Shown: piece by piece, positions 16,821 through 26,593 of the stretch
How the letters are laid out: every line of letters begins with the position of its first letter
Position numbering within the stretch: position 1 is the stretch's first letter
Source: an uncultured Candidatus Saccharibacteria bacterium
GTDB taxonomy: Bacteria > Patescibacteriota > Saccharimonadia > Saccharimonadales > JAGQNJ01
Length of the DNA: 64,000 nt
Assembly (NCBI GenBank): GCA_964590205.1
Contig: CAZPVO010000002.1
Location: 1,005 to 65,004, forward strand
Reading direction: 5' to 3'
Notes under the pieces: generated by a model
Told to the model about the DNA's origin: nothing
Databases searched by the model: none
What the model saw: only the letters and a program-made list of their open reading frames with translations
Program-made: the position numbers and the translations under genes

Positions 16821-18550
16821 GTGCCTATCCACTAGGGGTAGTTGCATCTGAATTAAATCGGCACACCAATGCCCCACTCGGTCCGTGGGCCGAAGGTGGC
16901 GACGTAGTGTTCATCGACGGCTGGGAAATCCACACCTTCACTGGTAACGGCACGCTCACCGTGCTACGAGACACGAATGCTGACTATCTCGTGGTCGGTG
17001 GTGGTGGCGGAGGCAGCGTCGGTGGTGGTGGAGCCGGTGGTCTACTCACAGGTACCGACACAGTATTGGTTGGCGACCTGCCGGTCACGGTCGGAGCAGG
17101 AGGTGCAGGCGAAACGTCGTCTGCCGACAACGCTGGAACTGGCAGCAACTCGGTCTGGAACGGTCACACTGCTCTTGGGGGTGGTGCAGGAGGTTTTATC
17201 GGTAATGGCCATCCCGGAGGCTCGGGTGGCGGTGGTGGTGGCATAGGCGGAGGTGGTGGCGGAGCTGGCACTGTCGGCCAAGGCAATAATGGTGGTGGCC
17301 CTGGCGGAGGCACATGTGGAGCGGGTGGTGGTGGTTCTGGCGCAGTTGGACAGCAGGCTAATCCATCGGGTGGAGACGGGCATGGCGGTGACGGTGGCGC
17401 AGGGACGTCATCGTCAATCTCTGGTTCATCTGTCGATTATGCCGGAGGCGGGGGTGGTGGTGGCACCGCTTCCCAAGGTAATGGCGCTGCAGGGGGCGGC
17501 AACGGGGCCAATTTCGGACCAGGTGCACCGGCCGCAGCAAATACCGGTAGTGGTGGTGGTGGTATCTATTCGGCATCACCTGGTGGTGCTGGAGGAAGTG
17601 GCGTCGTAATCCTGAGGGCACTCGGTTCACCTCGCCCTGACCCACCGTCTGCGCTGGTACTCACTCCCGGAGCAACGTCGATAGACGTCGCATGGACTAA
17701 CTCTCCATCTGGCAATGTCGACCACTATGAGTACCGAGTCAGTCATGACGGCGGTTCGACATGGTCGCCTGACTGGACGACAACTCCGTCTGGCTCGCCG
17801 TTCACAATAAGTGGCCTGACAGCAGGCACCGAGTACACGGTTGCTCTGCGCGCAGTCGACACTGATGCCATTGCATCAACGGTGATCAGCGACACAGCAT
17901 CGACGCCGAGTACCTACGATGCACTCATGGCAGGGCTGATCTCCAATCCACTTGATGTTTATTACCCTATGACCGAGACAAGCGGAACCACTATTCAAGA
18001 TTCGTCGGGTAATGGACTTAATCTAACCGCCTCGGCAACAATTGTTGGAGATGGTACATCAATCCAGTTCGATGGAAATTATGACGCTTCGCGAGCATTG
18101 GCATTTACCTCAGCTTTCCATGCACCCAAAACCGAGATCGTGTGGCTCAAAACCTCAACAGTTGTTGATACGCTTGCGATGCTCATGTGGCGTACCCCTG
18201 GTGGTGGCGATGCAGGCGGTTTATTTCTTAACTTCGTCGGTGATGACGGCAACGCCGAACTGTATCTGAACAGTGGAGCTCGCGGTGCTTGGGGTGGCAA
18301 TGCACTAAATAATAACCAGTGGCATATGCTCGCTTTTGTTCATGATGTTGGATTTGACTACTCAGTCTATCTCGATGGTGTTGCCGTGCGAGCAGGTGGC
18401 GGTGACGGTATTGGTTCGAGCAATGCCACCACCTTGTTTGTCGCTAGCAACGACGGCATCCAAAAGTTCATCGGTAGCCTTCGCCGAGTGTCTGTACTAC
18501 ACACACTACTCAGTGACTCGGACATCGCCGCGTTGTGGGCTGCTGGGTAA
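16817..18550 (+). CDS. glycine-rich domain / fibronectin-III / LamG protein
   Basis: ATGA overlap with paralogue 3. DYLVVGGGGGGS... poly-Gly domain ending GGSGVVILR, an FN3 segment (...YEYRVSHDGGSTWS...TEYTVALRAVD), and a LamG-type end (FIGSLRRVSVLHTLLSDSDIAALW). Confidence 0.65.
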   Translation: MSAYPLGVVASELNRHTNAPLGPWAEGGDVVFIDGWEIHTFTGNGTLTVLRDTNADYLVVGGGGGGSVGGGGAGGLLTGTDTVLVGDLPVTVGAGGAGETSSADNAGTGSNSVWNGHTALGGGAGGFIGNGHPGGSGGGGGGIGGGGGGAGTVGQGNNGGGPGGGTCGAGGGGSGAVGQQANPSGGDGHGGDGGAGTSSSISGSSVDYAGGGGGGGTASQGNGAAGGGNGANFGPGAPAAANTGSGGGGIYSASPGGAGGSGVVILRALGSPRPDPPSALVLTPGATSIDVAWTNSPSGNVDHYEYRVSHDGGSTWSPDWTTTPSGSPFTISGLTAGTEYTVALRAVDTDAIASTVISDTASTPSTYDALMAGLISNPLDVYYPMTETSGTTIQDSSGNGLNLTASATIVGDGTSIQFDGNYDASRALAFTSAFHAPKTEIVWLKTSTVVDTLAMLMWRTPGGGDAGGLFLNFVGDDGNAELYLNSGARGAWGGNALNNNQWHMLAFVHDVGFDYSVYLDGVAVRAGGGDGIGSSNATTLFVASNDGIQKFIGSLRRVSVLHTLLSDSDIAALWAAG

Positions 18551-18556
18551 GCACAC

Positions 18557-20335
18557 TTAGTCGCGTTTGAGCATAACTGTGAATGCTTCTGATGGAATTT
18601 CAACATTGCCAAACATTTTGGCACGTGCCTTTCCGCGCTTTTGTTTCTCTAGCAGTTTCTTACGACGAGTCACGTCACCACCATATAATTTTTGGGTAAC
18701 GTCTTTGCGATAAGCACTAATGTCTTCGCGGGCAATGAATTTTCCGCCAATCGCTGCTTGCAAACTGACTTTAAAGTTTTGGCGTGGAATAACGTCTTTG
18801 AGCTTTTCAACCACTACCCGTCCTAAACTTTGAGATTCAGATCGATGCACCATGATGCTCAGCGCTTCAACAATTTCGCCTGCGACATAAAAATCGACAC
18901 GCACTAAATCCTCAGCTCGATAATCTGCTAACTCATAATTAAACGAGCCGTAGCCGGAAGTAACGCTTTTGAGCTGATCATAAAAATCAGTTAACAAGTT
19001 TGCCAATGGTGCTTCAAAATCCAGCACCGCCAACTCATCAACGTAGCTGGTATTTTTTTGCAGACCGCGTTTGCTTGAAACCAGTTGAATTACAGCTCCA
19101 AGATATTGTTTTGGCACCACAACTTCGCCTTTAATCCATGGCTCTTTGATTTCTAAAATCGTAGCCGGGTCTGGCAAATCACTGGCTGATCTTATATCAA
19201 GTTCCTGCCCGTTTTGAAGATTCACATGATAATCAGTCGATGGGTTGGTGATAATCAGTGCGATGTTGTATTCCCGCTCCAGCCGCTCCTTAATAATGTC
19301 CATGTGCAAGAGCCCCAGAAAACCAACTCGCATACCAAAGCCAAGGACTGGTGAATTTTCGGGTTCAAAACGCAGTGCCGAATCGCTAAGCGATAATTTT
19401 TCAATCGCTTCTTTGAGCAAATTGTAGTTCTCATTGCTGTCTGGAAAAAAACCAGCATACACAAACGGTTGGACATCTTTATACCCCGGCAGAGGATTGC
19501 TCGCCTTATTTTTAGTGAGCGTGATTGTATCACCAACTTTTGCTTCGCGGGTTGATTTTAGATTGGTGACAACATAGCCAATTTCGCCTTCTTTTAAGTC
19601 ACCGGTTGAAGTCATGTCAGGTTTGAGCGCACCGACTTCCAGTGCAATGCCGTCGGTACTTGTGGCCATCATGGTAATTTCGCCGTTCTTTGGAATCTGC
19701 CCGCAAAAGACTCTTACATATAAAATAACGCCACGATAATCATCGTAGTAGCTATCAAAAATCAGCGCCTTGGTTTGTTTATCAGTTTCCGCTTTGGGAG
19801 CAGGAATTTTCTCAACAATTGTATCGAGAACTTTGTCGACACCATCACCGGTTTTAGCCGAAATCATTAAAATATCTTCTTGTTTACAACCAAGTAGGGA
19901 AATTACTTCAGCGCTAACCCGTTCGACATCTGCAGCAGGTAAGTCAATTTTGTTGAGCACTGGAATGATTGTCAGGTCTTGCTCAATCGCCAAATACACA
20001 TTGGCTAGCGTCTGAGCTTGAATGCCTTGACTGGCATCAACAACTAAAAGTGCTCCCTCACAGGCCTGCAAACTTCTGGATACTTCATAGCTAAAGTCAA
20101 CATGTCCAGGTGTATCAATAAGATTTAGCTCGAAGTCTTTGTACTGCATACGAACTGGGGCGAGTTTGATGGTGATACCTTTTTCGCGTTCCAAATCCAT
20201 TCGGTCAAGCAACTGATTCTTCATTGCCCGCTTTTCAACAGTTCCGGTCAATTCGAGCAAGCGATCGGCCAAGGTAGATTTCCCGTGGTCGATGTGCGCA
20301 ATTATACAAAAATTACGGATGTGGTCCTGATTCAT
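18557..20335 (-). CDS. lepA: elongation factor 4 (LepA)
   Basis: IRNFCIIAHIDHGKSTLADRLL, DTPGHVDF, NKIDL, and a LepA C-terminal domain. Confidence 0.97.
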   Translation of the reverse strand: MNQDHIRNFCIIAHIDHGKSTLADRLLELTGTVEKRAMKNQLLDRMDLEREKGITIKLAPVRMQYKDFELNLIDTPGHVDFSYEVSRSLQACEGALLVVDASQGIQAQTLANVYLAIEQDLTIIPVLNKIDLPAADVERVSAEVISLLGCKQEDILMISAKTGDGVDKVLDTIVEKIPAPKAETDKQTKALIFDSYYDDYRGVILYVRVFCGQIPKNGEITMMATSTDGIALEVGALKPDMTSTGDLKEGEIGYVVTNLKSTREAKVGDTITLTKNKASNPLPGYKDVQPFVYAGFFPDSNENYNLLKEAIEKLSLSDSALRFEPENSPVLGFGMRVGFLGLLHMDIIKERLEREYNIALIITNPSTDYHVNLQNGQELDIRSASDLPDPATILEIKEPWIKGEVVVPKQYLGAVIQLVSSKRGLQKNTSYVDELAVLDFEAPLANLLTDFYDQLKSVTSGYGSFNYELADYRAEDLVRVDFYVAGEIVEALSIMVHRSESQSLGRVVVEKLKDVIPRQNFKVSLQAAIGGKFIAREDISAYRKDVTQKLYGGDVTRRKKLLEKQKRGKARAKMFGNVEIPSEAFTVMLKRD

Positions 20336-20459
20336 GACGACTCATTATAACAGAGAAGCCGCATTTTTATCAGGGGAGAGAGCCAGAGCAAAAATCGCAT
20401 TTTTTGCCCTGCGCGCTGAGAGGGGATATTCCCCTCTCAAAAGGCGAAGCCGCAGTTAA

Positions 20460-22052
20460 CTACCAGTCGATTTTAACTGGCTTCAAAACAATACTCTTAA
20501 TACGGTTAACAACTGGTTGCGATTCCTCAAGTCCAAACAACAGTGACATGCCCAAATAGACAGCAAAAGTCACGACAGTAATTAAGATAACTTTGGAACC
20601 GAGTGTGATAAAACCTTTGTCGGCAATCTGCAGTGGAAATATCGAAATCATCACAAACGCAGTTACAATTGCAAAACCAGTTACTGACAATATGCGGACA
20701 ATGGCACCAACGAACTCCCAGTTAAAAATATGCGGATCGCGGTACATCATGACAATGGCCAGAATACCTACTTCAACTGAAGCTACGATTGATTCAGCCA
20801 ATGCTAGGCCAGCCACACCGTATGCGTCAGCTTTGGACAAGTTAAAAGCCAGGAAAATGTTCAAGCCGATTGCAAATAGGGACACAAATAACGGTGTTAG
20901 CGTATCTTTTTGCGCATAAAAATATCTGGATAGCATCGTGTAAATTGTTCTAAATAAAATTGCACCTGTTAAAAAGCCAAAAATCAGTGCAATTTGCGGC
21001 GCGTCTTTAGCAAAAATCATACGAGCCAAATAGCCACGCGCAAAGAAACTCACCACCACGACTGGCATCGCAATCCAAATCATGGCCCGAAGTATTTTTC
21101 GAAAATCACTCCTAAAAAGATCCGGCCGATTCTGTGACATGCGCTCAGTTAAGCGCGGAAATGCGGCCGTTGAAATCGCAGTTCCGATTAGCAAAATTGG
21201 CGCCGTGTGCAATATGAAAGCGTTTTCGTAATAACTGATGTTGCCCTCACCTAGTCGACGAGCAAAGTTAGTTTCGGCAATACTGTTAATAGCGTCGACT
21301 CCCTGGTCAATCGAGCGAGGCGGCAAATTCCGAAGCACCACGTGGAAATCCTTGTTTTTAAAATCAATCTTTTTCTTATACCTAAAGCCCATGCCAAACA
21401 TACCAAAGATGGCAATGATAAGTTGAAATGACGCACCGGCCAGCGCTCCGATTCCCAAGCCCACAATGCCAATGTTATTTCGGAACACAAAAATACTAAT
21501 AATAATCGAGAGGTTGTAGACCAAAGGCGCCATAGCGTAAAAGAAGAACCGACCTTTAGTTTGTTGAATGCTCATTAAAATTCCGCCCAATGTAAACAAC
21601 AGTGGGTTAAACGCAATGATACGCATAATAGTGGCCGCATTATTGAGCTGCTCAGGCGTGAGATCAGGCGCCACAATGTAATGCAACAGTGGCTTAGCGA
21701 AGACTATAATCACTAACCCAACAATAAACATGATGATAGCCAGCAAGTTAAGCAGACTCGAGGAAATATTCCAGGCGCCTTTTTTATCGCCCTTTTCAAA
21801 ATGATCCGACAGTACTGGAATGAAAGCAACGCTCAAAGCACCCGCCGCTAGTGTTAGAAAGAAGAAGTCAGGTATTTTAAATGCCGCAAAAAAGGTGTCG
21901 GTACTTTGTGGACCAATCGCACTAAAGTTCGCGTTGATCAACTTAACCCGCAAAAAGCCCAAAATTTGACCGATCAAAGCAGTACCAATAAGCAGCGCAG
22001 CCGCACCACTTAAAGAGATCCGCTTATTCGCTCGGCTAAATAGTGACTTCAT
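20460..22052 (-). CDS. murJ: lipid II flippase MurJ (MviN family)
   Basis: 530-aa polytopic membrane protein with a MurJ-like N-terminus (...ALIGQILGFLRVKLINANF...) and about 14 TM helices. Confidence 0.8.
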   Translation of the reverse strand: MKSLFSRANKRISLSGAAALLIGTALIGQILGFLRVKLINANFSAIGPQSTDTFFAAFKIPDFFFLTLAAGALSVAFIPVLSDHFEKGDKKGAWNISSSLLNLLAIIMFIVGLVIIVFAKPLLHYIVAPDLTPEQLNNAATIMRIIAFNPLLFTLGGILMSIQQTKGRFFFYAMAPLVYNLSIIISIFVFRNNIGIVGLGIGALAGASFQLIIAIFGMFGMGFRYKKKIDFKNKDFHVVLRNLPPRSIDQGVDAINSIAETNFARRLGEGNISYYENAFILHTAPILLIGTAISTAAFPRLTERMSQNRPDLFRSDFRKILRAMIWIAMPVVVVSFFARGYLARMIFAKDAPQIALIFGFLTGAILFRTIYTMLSRYFYAQKDTLTPLFVSLFAIGLNIFLAFNLSKADAYGVAGLALAESIVASVEVGILAIVMMYRDPHIFNWEFVGAIVRILSVTGFAIVTAFVMISIFPLQIADKGFITLGSKVILITVVTFAVYLGMSLLFGLEESQPVVNRIKSIVLKPVKIDW

Positions 22053-22099
22053 TTACACCTATTATAGGGGGAGACGAAGCAAATTTAAACCGCTAAACT

Positions 22100-23971
22100 C
22101 TAATATAATGCGGCGGTATGCGGCATCTTGGAGCCTTTGAGGATTTCAATCACCTCTTCAGCCTCAACAGTTTCTTTTTTAATAAGAGCAATTTTAAGCG
22201 TTTCAAGTTTTTCGCGGTTTACTTTGAGAACTTCGCGAGCTCGGTGTGCAGCCTCAGTAATAAGCTTCTCAACTTCATCATCAATCGTTTTAGCAGTTTC
22301 GTCAGAGAATTCTCGCTCGTGTACCATTTTCTCTAGCATCATGCCTTCTTCTACGTGGAAAACCTGGTTACGTAGTTTGCCGCTGCCCATACCTTGATTC
22401 ACAATCATGTCGCGGGCAAGCTCAGCCGCTTTAGGAAGATCAGAACCAGCGCCAGTTGTAACACGGTCTTTGCCGTAAATAAGTTCCTCAGCAATACGAC
22501 CACCAAGCATCCGAGCCAAAATATCTTTGTACTCAATAATACTGTGGTAGCTTTTATCTTCTGGTGGAATAAACCACGTCACGCCGCCAGTGCCGCCACG
22601 CGGAATAATGGTAACCTTGTGAACCATGTCGCTGTCTGGTAGAACATGGCCAACAATAGCGTGTCCGGCTTCGTGGTATGCGGTTAGCTCTTTTTCATGG
22701 TCATTCATGATTTTGCTCTTACGCTCTGGACCAATGGCAACTTTTTCGAAGGCCGCGGTAACGTCAGCTTGAGAAATTTCTTTATGATTATGCCGCGCTG
22801 CAGTAATGGCAGCTTCGTTGGCGATGTTGGCTAAATCAGCCCCTGAGCTTCCAGCTGTCTTGGCAGCTAGCGCGTCAAGATCAACAGCCCTTGATAAAGG
22901 TTTTTTGGCAAAATGAACTTTTAGAATTGCTTCGCGGTCTTTGCGGTCTGGCAAACCAATGTTTACCCGACGGTCGAAACGACCAGGTCGAAGCAAGGCA
23001 GGATCCAAAACATCAGCCCGGTTAGTTGCAGCCAGCACAATTACGTTTTGGCCTTGCTCAAAACCATCCATCTCAACCAAAATTTGGTTCAAGGTTTGCT
23101 CGCGCTCATCATGACCACCGCCCATTCCAGAACCTCGGCGTCGGCCAACAGCGTCAATTTCGTCAACAAAAATAATACATGGCGCATTCTTTTTGGCTTT
23201 GGCAAACAGGTCTCGCACACGTGATGCACCAACACCCACGAACATTTCTACAAACTCAGAACCAGAAATGCTAAAGAACGGCACATTTGCTTCACCAGCA
23301 ACAGCGCGCGCCAACATCGTTTTACCAGTTCCTGGAGGACCGACTAATAGAACGCCCTTTGGAATCCGCGCTCCTATTCCCTCAAATTTTTTCGGATACT
23401 TTAAGAACTCAACAATTTCCTGAAGATCCTGCTTGGATTCTTCGCTTCCGGCAATGTCGCTAAACATGACCTTGTCTTTTTCATTGCCATACAAACGAGC
23501 TCGGCTCTTACCAAAACTCATGGCTTGATTTCCCTGACCCTGCGCGCTGCGAAGCATAAAGAACAGCGCAAAAGTTATCAGCAACACCGGTAATACTGAA
23601 ATGCCAATATTCATCCAGGTCGAACCGGCGTTTGATTCCGGTTTTACATCAACTTCAACATCTCGGTTGGTGAGCCCCTGTTCGTAAATACTTGAACCCG
23701 CCTCCTTATGTGATTCTTCAGATGGAGCTGAGTCTCCCTTTTTAGTAATGACGATATCGTTGCCAGTTATTTCAATCTTTTGAATTTCCCCACGGTTAGC
23801 TCGATTAATAACATCCGAAAAAGATGTTTCTTTCAGCTTGGTTGGCTTATATAGTGCCGCGAAGATCACTAAACCAATCAGGAGAACTAAAATAATAAAA
23901 CCAAGATTTTTAAAACCTCGTCTTTTCCCGTAATCGTTCTTTCCACTGGATTTAAATGGCTTTTTATCCAT
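22100..23971 (-). CDS. ftsH: ATP-dependent zinc metalloprotease FtsH
   Basis: Two N-terminal TM helices, AAA+ Walker A GPPGTGKT, an SRH region, and HEAGH zinc motif. Confidence 0.97.
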   Translation of the reverse strand: MDKKPFKSSGKNDYGKRRGFKNLGFIILVLLIGLVIFAALYKPTKLKETSFSDVINRANRGEIQKIEITGNDIVITKKGDSAPSEESHKEAGSSIYEQGLTNRDVEVDVKPESNAGSTWMNIGISVLPVLLITFALFFMLRSAQGQGNQAMSFGKSRARLYGNEKDKVMFSDIAGSEESKQDLQEIVEFLKYPKKFEGIGARIPKGVLLVGPPGTGKTMLARAVAGEANVPFFSISGSEFVEMFVGVGASRVRDLFAKAKKNAPCIIFVDEIDAVGRRRGSGMGGGHDEREQTLNQILVEMDGFEQGQNVIVLAATNRADVLDPALLRPGRFDRRVNIGLPDRKDREAILKVHFAKKPLSRAVDLDALAAKTAGSSGADLANIANEAAITAARHNHKEISQADVTAAFEKVAIGPERKSKIMNDHEKELTAYHEAGHAIVGHVLPDSDMVHKVTIIPRGGTGGVTWFIPPEDKSYHSIIEYKDILARMLGGRIAEELIYGKDRVTTGAGSDLPKAAELARDMIVNQGMGSGKLRNQVFHVEEGMMLEKMVHEREFSDETAKTIDDEVEKLITEAAHRAREVLKVNREKLETLKIALIKKETVEAEEVIEILKGSKMPHTAALY

Positions 23972-24009
23972 ATACGTGGCCCTATTATACAGATTGAGCG
24001 AGTTTAACG

Positions 24010-24894
24010 CTACTTCTGATTAACTTTTAGTAACAACCACTTACTCTGAACTTCCACAACCAAGTTGCCCATTACCGGAATAAGTTTGCCTTTGCCAAGG
24101 GTTTTAGCGCCAATCACAATTCGCTCAACAGTGCGCTGATCGAAGTTGCCAATTTGATTTGCTCGCAACCAACTTGCCACAATTTCACGTGCCAATGCAT
24201 GATCGGCCATGACAATTTCTTGTCGCGAGATTTTGACAATTTCTTTGCTGACATATTGAGCGAGCAATTTATCAATTTGCGGATTTCGCTTAGAAAGATC
24301 AGCATGCAATTTTAAAAACTTCTTACGATCAGTATCGGACAAATTCGGCACAAGGTTATGCCTAATCCAATTTCGTAAATAGGTTGTGTCCACATTGGTT
24401 TCGTCTTCCTGCCATTCCAAGCCATTGTCTTCAGCGTATTTAAGAATTTCTGCTTTGGTATTTTTAAGCATCGGCCGCAAAACATCTGGCTGATCTTTTA
24501 ATGCTGTAATGCCTTTGCGACCTGTACCGCGTAGTAAATTAATCATAATTGTTTCGAGCAGATCATCCTGATGATGCGCAGTAATAATTGCCTTGGCATT
24601 TTGTTTTTTGAGCACCTTACGAAGAAATTTATATCGTGCATCACGCGCAACCGCTTCACTGGCATTCGGGCCAAGTTGAGCAATTTCGTACTCATACGGC
24701 ACGGCGTACACACGAGCTAAACCTTGCACAAACATTCGATCATCTGCCGAACTTAAACGCATGCCGTGATCGATGTGCGCCACGATAAGTTCTAATTTTG
24801 GATTTTGCACGAGTAGATTCAGCAGCACTACCGAATCGACCCCACCACTCACCGCCACCACATATTTGCCAGCCGGCAGTTTCTCCAACTTCAT
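24010..24894 (-). CDS. tilS: tRNA(Ile)-lysidine synthase TilS
   Basis: PP-loop VAVSGGVDSVVLL. Conserved position upstream of ftsH. Confidence 0.85.
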   Translation of the reverse strand: MKLEKLPAGKYVVAVSGGVDSVVLLNLLVQNPKLELIVAHIDHGMRLSSADDRMFVQGLARVYAVPYEYEIAQLGPNASEAVARDARYKFLRKVLKKQNAKAIITAHHQDDLLETIMINLLRGTGRKGITALKDQPDVLRPMLKNTKAEILKYAEDNGLEWQEDETNVDTTYLRNWIRHNLVPNLSDTDRKKFLKLHADLSKRNPQIDKLLAQYVSKEIVKISRQEIVMADHALAREIVASWLRANQIGNFDQRTVERIVIGAKTLGKGKLIPVMGNLVVEVQSKWLLLKVNQK

Positions 24895-24927
24895 AATTTA
24901 GAGATTACTCTGTTTAGATAACAAATA

Positions 24928-25626
24928 TCAAGTACTAGCTTTTAGAGAGGGGTCCCAATTGGCAGGATTCCCCAAGCTTCCATTGATAAAGTCATAGCCA
25001 TCATTATTTTGAACGGTAGGTCCGTACTCAGCAAGCAACAGTATATCGCCACCCAGATCAAACCATTCGTCATGAGTTGCCTGATGCTCCATAACCAGTC
25101 CCGTAAATTGACGCATGCTACCGTCGGGTCGAACAACAAAGAAATAGCTTCGCCCGTCTATTCGTGCATTAAAGTAATCTCGACCGTTAATCGTAAGTGG
25201 CCCGGTTGGCAGTGCTTGCTCGCCACCATCTAATAACCTTCCAAGATGATGTTTGAAATGCTCGTAGCTTCTATCGGCTTCAACTCTTGTTTTAACCGGT
25301 GCACCTCGCATATCTTTTCCGTGATACTTCTCGTATACATCACGGTATTCAATAGCTTGGGTGAAATCAACAGCGTTTTCACCTCGCAAATTAAAACCTT
25401 CGGTAAATTCAGCACCTGTTAAAGTTTCATACGATGCAAACAATTCTCGAACTTTATCATGCAACACGCCAATGTCAGGAGTTTCAGACGGTTCAAAAAC
25501 AGAGTACGAGCCAAAAGGTCGTCCCAACGTTGGATACATCTGAAGATAATCAGATCGCTCCTGAATTGCTTGTGGAAATCCGAGTGCGAGTTCGGCCTGT
25601 TCTCCTGCTTCAATCGTTGCTATCAT
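24928..25626 (-). CDS. hypothetical protein (232 aa)
   Basis: Long ORF with a GGAGGG RBS. No family recognised. Confidence 0.6.
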   Translation of the reverse strand: MIATIEAGEQAELALGFPQAIQERSDYLQMYPTLGRPFGSYSVFEPSETPDIGVLHDKVRELFASYETLTGAEFTEGFNLRGENAVDFTQAIEYRDVYEKYHGKDMRGAPVKTRVEADRSYEHFKHHLGRLLDGGEQALPTGPLTINGRDYFNARIDGRSYFFVVRPDGSMRQFTGLVMEHQATHDEWFDLGGDILLLAEYGPTVQNNDGYDFINGSLGNPANWDPSLKAST

Positions 25627-25654
25627 TTTTGTCCCTCCTTTTTTGTTACAAAAA

Positions 25655-25678
25655 AATACCTCCGGCTCCGGAGGTATT
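25655..25678 (-). terminator. intrinsic terminator (perfect 11-bp stem)
   Basis: AATACCTCCGG-ct-CCGGAGGTATT followed by a T-run on the minus strand. Lies downstream of ORF 25754-26152. Confidence 0.7.
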
Positions 25679-25753
25679 ACTCATTTTCAAATTGTACGTC
25701 TCTAGTATGCATACTAGAAGTACATTATAGCAGTTACGCTTAAACCATGCAAA

Positions 25754-26152
25754 TTACTCGTTAAGTATGTCAGGAGATACACCAATGCAATGGGCGATAT
25801 ACGATAGTGGACCCGGATATGTTGTCTTTGTAGTATCCATAATAAAACGTGTTCCTTCACGAAGCTCGGTTTCCGGGTTGCACATATTAAGTACAACCGT
25901 ATCTTGATCCATTAATTCCTCATTCGTTTCTGGATCAAGGAATGTTAGCGTTACAATTTGCCCCGGTTTTGGTTGATATAGCTTAATAATCTCTGGGGCA
26001 CCAGGCGAATTACAAATTTCTTTAAAGGTTGTGGGATCACCAACAACTTCAAACACTCTTAAATCGTCAAAATTAGTATCAAGCCAGCATGCTACTTGGC
26101 CATCATGCCAAGCATGATCAGGAAACAGTTTCTCCGCAGCGGAATCACTCAT
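25754..26152 (-). CDS. hypothetical protein (132 aa)
   Basis: ORF only. No family recognised. Confidence 0.55.
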   Translation of the reverse strand: MSDSAAEKLFPDHAWHDGQVACWLDTNFDDLRVFEVVGDPTTFKEICNSPGAPEIIKLYQPKPGQIVTLTFLDPETNEELMDQDTVVLNMCNPETELREGTRFIMDTTKTTYPGPLSYIAHCIGVSPDILNE

Positions 26153-26237
26153 TGCTCGCTTATTATACTATAATTAACAGGAAATAGCAATTTCTGCTAG
26201 TAAACAGGGGCGAAATCTGTTATATTTACCGAGTTGT

Positions 26238-26314
26238 GGCGGCGTAGCTCAGCCGGTTAGAGCGCAGGACTCATAAGCCTGAGGTCACAGGTTCGATCCC
26301 TGTCGCCGCTACCA
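26238..26314 (+). tRNA. tRNA with CAT anticodon (elongator Met or lysidine-dependent Ile2)
   Basis: GGCGGCGTAGCTCAGCCGGTTAGAGCGCAGGACTCATAAGCCTGAGGTCACAGGTTCGATCCCTGTCGCCGCTACCA. Cloverleaf elements, T-loop GGTTCGATCC, encoded CCA. Confidence 0.9.
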
Positions 26315-26593
26315 CTTCCGAACAAATTGAATCCTCTCAATTTACGGGGAATACATCCGACAAATAAAAAGACCCACGCATGATGGGTCTTTTATAATTT
26401 TTAGAGATTGATTAATCTTCGCTGAGGATTTGATCTATTTCTAAAATTCTTTTATCTGTAGTTGGTAACAGTTCGTATGCTAATTCCATTTTTTGGTGCC
26501 CTTTTTATTGTTTTATTGTTTTTATTTGTTGCAACAATACCCATTATTATACACGTATTTGCTTTTTTGTCAACTATTATGTAATAAAAAGTT

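Noticed and set aside
16977-17645. Four overlapping ORF-track entries (16977-17246 +, 17042-17383 -, 17253-17609 +, 17358-17645 -) inside the Gly-rich gene
   Set aside because: They lie in alternative frames or antisense to a long GGN-codon run. Open frames there are an expected artefact of the repetitive GC-rich sequence. The frame of 16817-18550 continues into recognisable FN3 and LamG domains.
18551-18556. Only 6 nt separate the convergent Gly-rich/LamG gene and lepA, with no terminator
   Set aside because: Tight convergent packing occurs elsewhere in this window. It is not by itself evidence of anything unusual.
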